A DNA stretch of 64,000 nucleotides from an uncultured Fibrobacteraceae bacterium. GTDB lineage: Bacteria > Krumholzibacteriota > Krumholzibacteriia > LZORAL124-64-63. A program made the position numbers and the translations under genes. The stretch lies in contig CAZJWO010000001.1 in the NCBI GenBank assembly GCA_964549735.1, positions 18,348 through 82,347 of the forward strand, given 5' to 3'. The notes beneath the pieces were generated by a model. It was not told where the DNA came from. It did no database searches and was given only the letters and a program-made list of their open reading frames with translations. Below are positions 62,134-64,000 of the stretch, in pieces; the first letter of the stretch is position 1, and every line of letters begins with the position of its first letter.

Positions 62134-63188
62134 GCCTCGCGGTCTTTCGCCGGCGGCGCGTTCGGCCGCCGCTTGCGGCCGCGGCGTCGAGGCCGGCTGA
62201 GGCGCGGCTCGGTATCCGCGACCGGCGCCTGCCGCGTCCCGTCACCAACGCCGACGCCTTCTTCCGGCGGCGGCGCGCTGGCGAACGAGAGCTCGCCGAC
62301 CGCGACGTCGACCAATGCGGGATCATCGTCCGCGAGCTGGACCGCCACGACGCCGCGCAGGAGATCGACCTTGCGCACGCGTCCGCTGCGGTCGCCCCAG
62401 ACCACGAGGCTGCCCAGGCGCGGCATGCGCTGCTGGAGCTCCTTGTACGCGGCGTGCTCGTAGGCCAGACAGCAGCGCAGCCGCCCGCACGGTCCGGACA
62501 GCTTCGGGGGGTTGAGCGGCAGCTGCTGGTCTTTCGCCATGCGCAGACCGACGGAGTTGAAATCCGCCAGGAAGGTGGCGCAGCAGAAGCCGCGCCCGCA
62601 GATGCCGAGGCCGCCCTTGAGCCGCGCATCGTCGCGGACCCCGATCTGCCGCAGCTCGATGCGCGTGCGGAAGATGCCGGCCAGATCCCGCACCAGGGCG
62701 CGGAAATCGACGCGGCCGTCGGCGAGGAAGTAGAACGTCAGCTTGTTGCGATCCCAGCGCCTCTCGACGCCGACGAGCTGCATCGGCAGCCCGTGCTCCG
62801 CGATGCGCTGCCGGGCGATGCCCTTCGCGTCGCGCTCCTCGCGGCGCAGCTCCGACAGGCGCGCCACATCGCCGGGCGCCGCCAACGCGAGCACGCCCTG
62901 CTGGGCCGCCTCCTGCCACCAGGCCGGCTTGCCGGCCCCGTAATAGACGACCTGACCGAGGTCGCAGCCGCGGTCGGCCTGCACGAGGCAGTAGCGCCCG
63001 ACCAGCAGTTCGACATCGTTGCGATTGTGGAAGTAGCCCTTGCGCTGACCCTTGAAGCGCACGATGACCAGCGGCTCGTCCACCGGCGGTCCGGCGGCGC
63101 CGCCGCGCCCCGGCGCAGGGTCGCCGCCGTCGCCGCGGGCGGACCGCCGCGGGCGCTGGCGGCGTTGCGGGTCACGAGGCTGCGTCAT
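62130..63188 (-). CDS. PSP1-domain protein (RicT/YaaT-like)
   Basis: Motifs VIVRFKGQRKGYFHN… and GICGRGFCCATFL…GPCGRLRCCL. The start at MTQPRD is assumed. The upstream track extension is junk. Confidence 0.75.
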   Translation of the reverse strand: MTQPRDPQRRQRPRRSARGDGGDPAPGRGGAAGPPVDEPLVIVRFKGQRKGYFHNRNDVELLVGRYCLVQADRGCDLGQVVYYGAGKPAWWQEAAQQGVLALAAPGDVARLSELRREERDAKGIARQRIAEHGLPMQLVGVERRWDRNKLTFYFLADGRVDFRALVRDLAGIFRTRIELRQIGVRDDARLKGGLGICGRGFCCATFLADFNSVGLRMAKDQQLPLNPPKLSGPCGRLRCCLAYEHAAYKELQQRMPRLGSLVVWGDRSGRVRKVDLLRGVVAVQLADDDPALVDVAVGELSFASAPPPEEGVGVGDGTRQAPVADTEPRLSRPRRRGRKRRPNAPPAKDREA

Positions 63189-64000
63189 GCTCGTAGAGCT
63201 CCTGCAACAGCGCGGCCATGACCAGGCCGAGGTTGAGATTGCCTTCGATCCGCTGCTTCGCCTGGTCCACGCGCACGATGTCCCGCAGCAGGACCGGCGT
63301 GCCGCGGGCCGCGGCGGCCTCGCGCACGACACCGGCGGCCTGCGCGAGCCTGGGCAGCCAGGCGGCGCCCTGCTCGCGGCAAGCCACGGTCTCGGCGAGC
63401 AGCCAGGCCAGGTGGTCGCAGACCTGCAGCGCCTGCCGGCGCCGGGCGAGCATGTCGAGATTCTGGCCGCCGTCTTCGGCGAGGTCGCCCTGGTGCAGGC
63501 GTTCGGCCGCCAGCTGGAGCCGGCCGGCCCGCCCGCGGCAGAGATCGGCGAAGAGGTCCTCGGTCCACCGCCGCAACCGCAGGTGTTCGTCGCTGAGCAT
63601 GTCCAGCGCTTGGCGCAGATTGCCCGCGGCGCAGCGGACGGCCTCCGCCCGCAAGGGCTCCGCCACGTGCGGCCGCAAGCGAGCGATCGCCGCCAGCGCT
63701 TCCGGCTCCTTGTAGGGGGTGAACGTGATCTGCTGGCAGCGCGAGATGATCGTCGGCGGCAGGCCGGCGAGACTGTGGGCGAGCAGCATGATGAGCGACG
63801 ACGGCGGCGGCTCCTCCAACGTCTTGAGCAAGGCGTTGGCGGCCGCCGGATTGAGCCGATTGGCGTCGGTCACGACCGCGACCTTCCAGCGGCTCTGGAA
63901 CGTCCGGCGGCGCAGGAACTGCTGCAGGCTGCGCACCGTCAGCGGTCCGGGTTGATCGGGGTCGCCGATCAGGATCTGACAGCTCGCCGCGAAATCCGGC
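63172..64000 (-). CDS. holB: DNA polymerase III delta-prime subunit (HolB). The 5' end lies beyond the window end.
   Basis: Motif …WKVAVVTDANRLNPAAANALLKTLEEPP…. The ORF runs to the window edge. Confidence 0.8.
   Translation of the reverse strand, partial: PDFAASCQILIGDPDQPGPLTVRSLQQFLRRRTFQSRWKVAVVTDANRLNPAAANALLKTLEEPPPSSLIMLLAHSLAGLPPTIISRCQQITFTPYKEPEALAAIARLRPHVAEPLRAEAVRCAAGNLRQALDMLSDEHLRLRRWTEDLFADLCRGRAGRLQLAAERLHQGDLAEDGGQNLDMLARRRQALQVCDHLAWLLAETVACREQGAAWLPRLAQAAGVVREAAAARGTPVLLRDIVRVDQAKQRIEGNLNLGLVMAALLQELYEHDAAS

Overview
High-GC (about 70% GC) chromosomal segment carrying housekeeping genes (metH, secD/secF, ksgA, tatD, holB). It is probably from an FCB-superphylum bacterium, because one secreted protein ends in a type IX secretion C-terminal sorting domain. 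Because of the GC content, most long ORFs in the supplied track are antisense or alternate-frame artefacts rich in Arg/Pro/Ala. I called genes from protein-like composition, signal peptides, ribosome-binding sites and recognisable motifs. I found no rRNA, tRNA or CRISPR array.

Main content:
- metH, truncated at the window start.
- Two PAS hybrid histidine kinases, one in an operon with a CheB-CheR fusion protein.
- A putative sensory [FeFe]-hydrogenase-like protein fused to a methyl-accepting chemotaxis protein (MCP) signalling domain.
- A XylR-type sigma-54 activator.
- Many small envelope proteins: beta-barrel outer membrane proteins, OmpA-like and other lipoproteins, a CsbD protein, a PRC-barrel protein and lmo0937-like peptides.
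- An exopolysaccharide priming sugar transferase next to a lipoprotein with Ig-like and ice-binding-like (DUF3494) domains.
- A five-gene, ATGA-coupled operon on the minus strand: a giant multi-transmembrane sensor kinase, a DUF4159-like protein, a DUF4175-like coiled-coil protein, a TPR protein and a secreted Cys-containing protein.
- The cluster holB, PSP1/ricT, tatD, ksgA, a large outer membrane protein, two paralogous lipoproteins, a YibQ-like deacetylase, secD and secF.

Most notable unexplained structure:
- A network of sigma-54-type promoters (TGGCACG-N4-TNGC) upstream of envelope and secreted protein genes.
- Two families of duplicated modules, each about 80% identical between copies. 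One is a 255-bp leader carrying a sigma-54 promoter, a ribosome-binding site and a start codon. The other is a roughly 340-bp unit encoding a paralogous small protein of about 70 aa with a C-terminal anchor, whose substitutions are mostly synonymous.
- A recurring ATCAAAAC motif upstream of several of these promoters.
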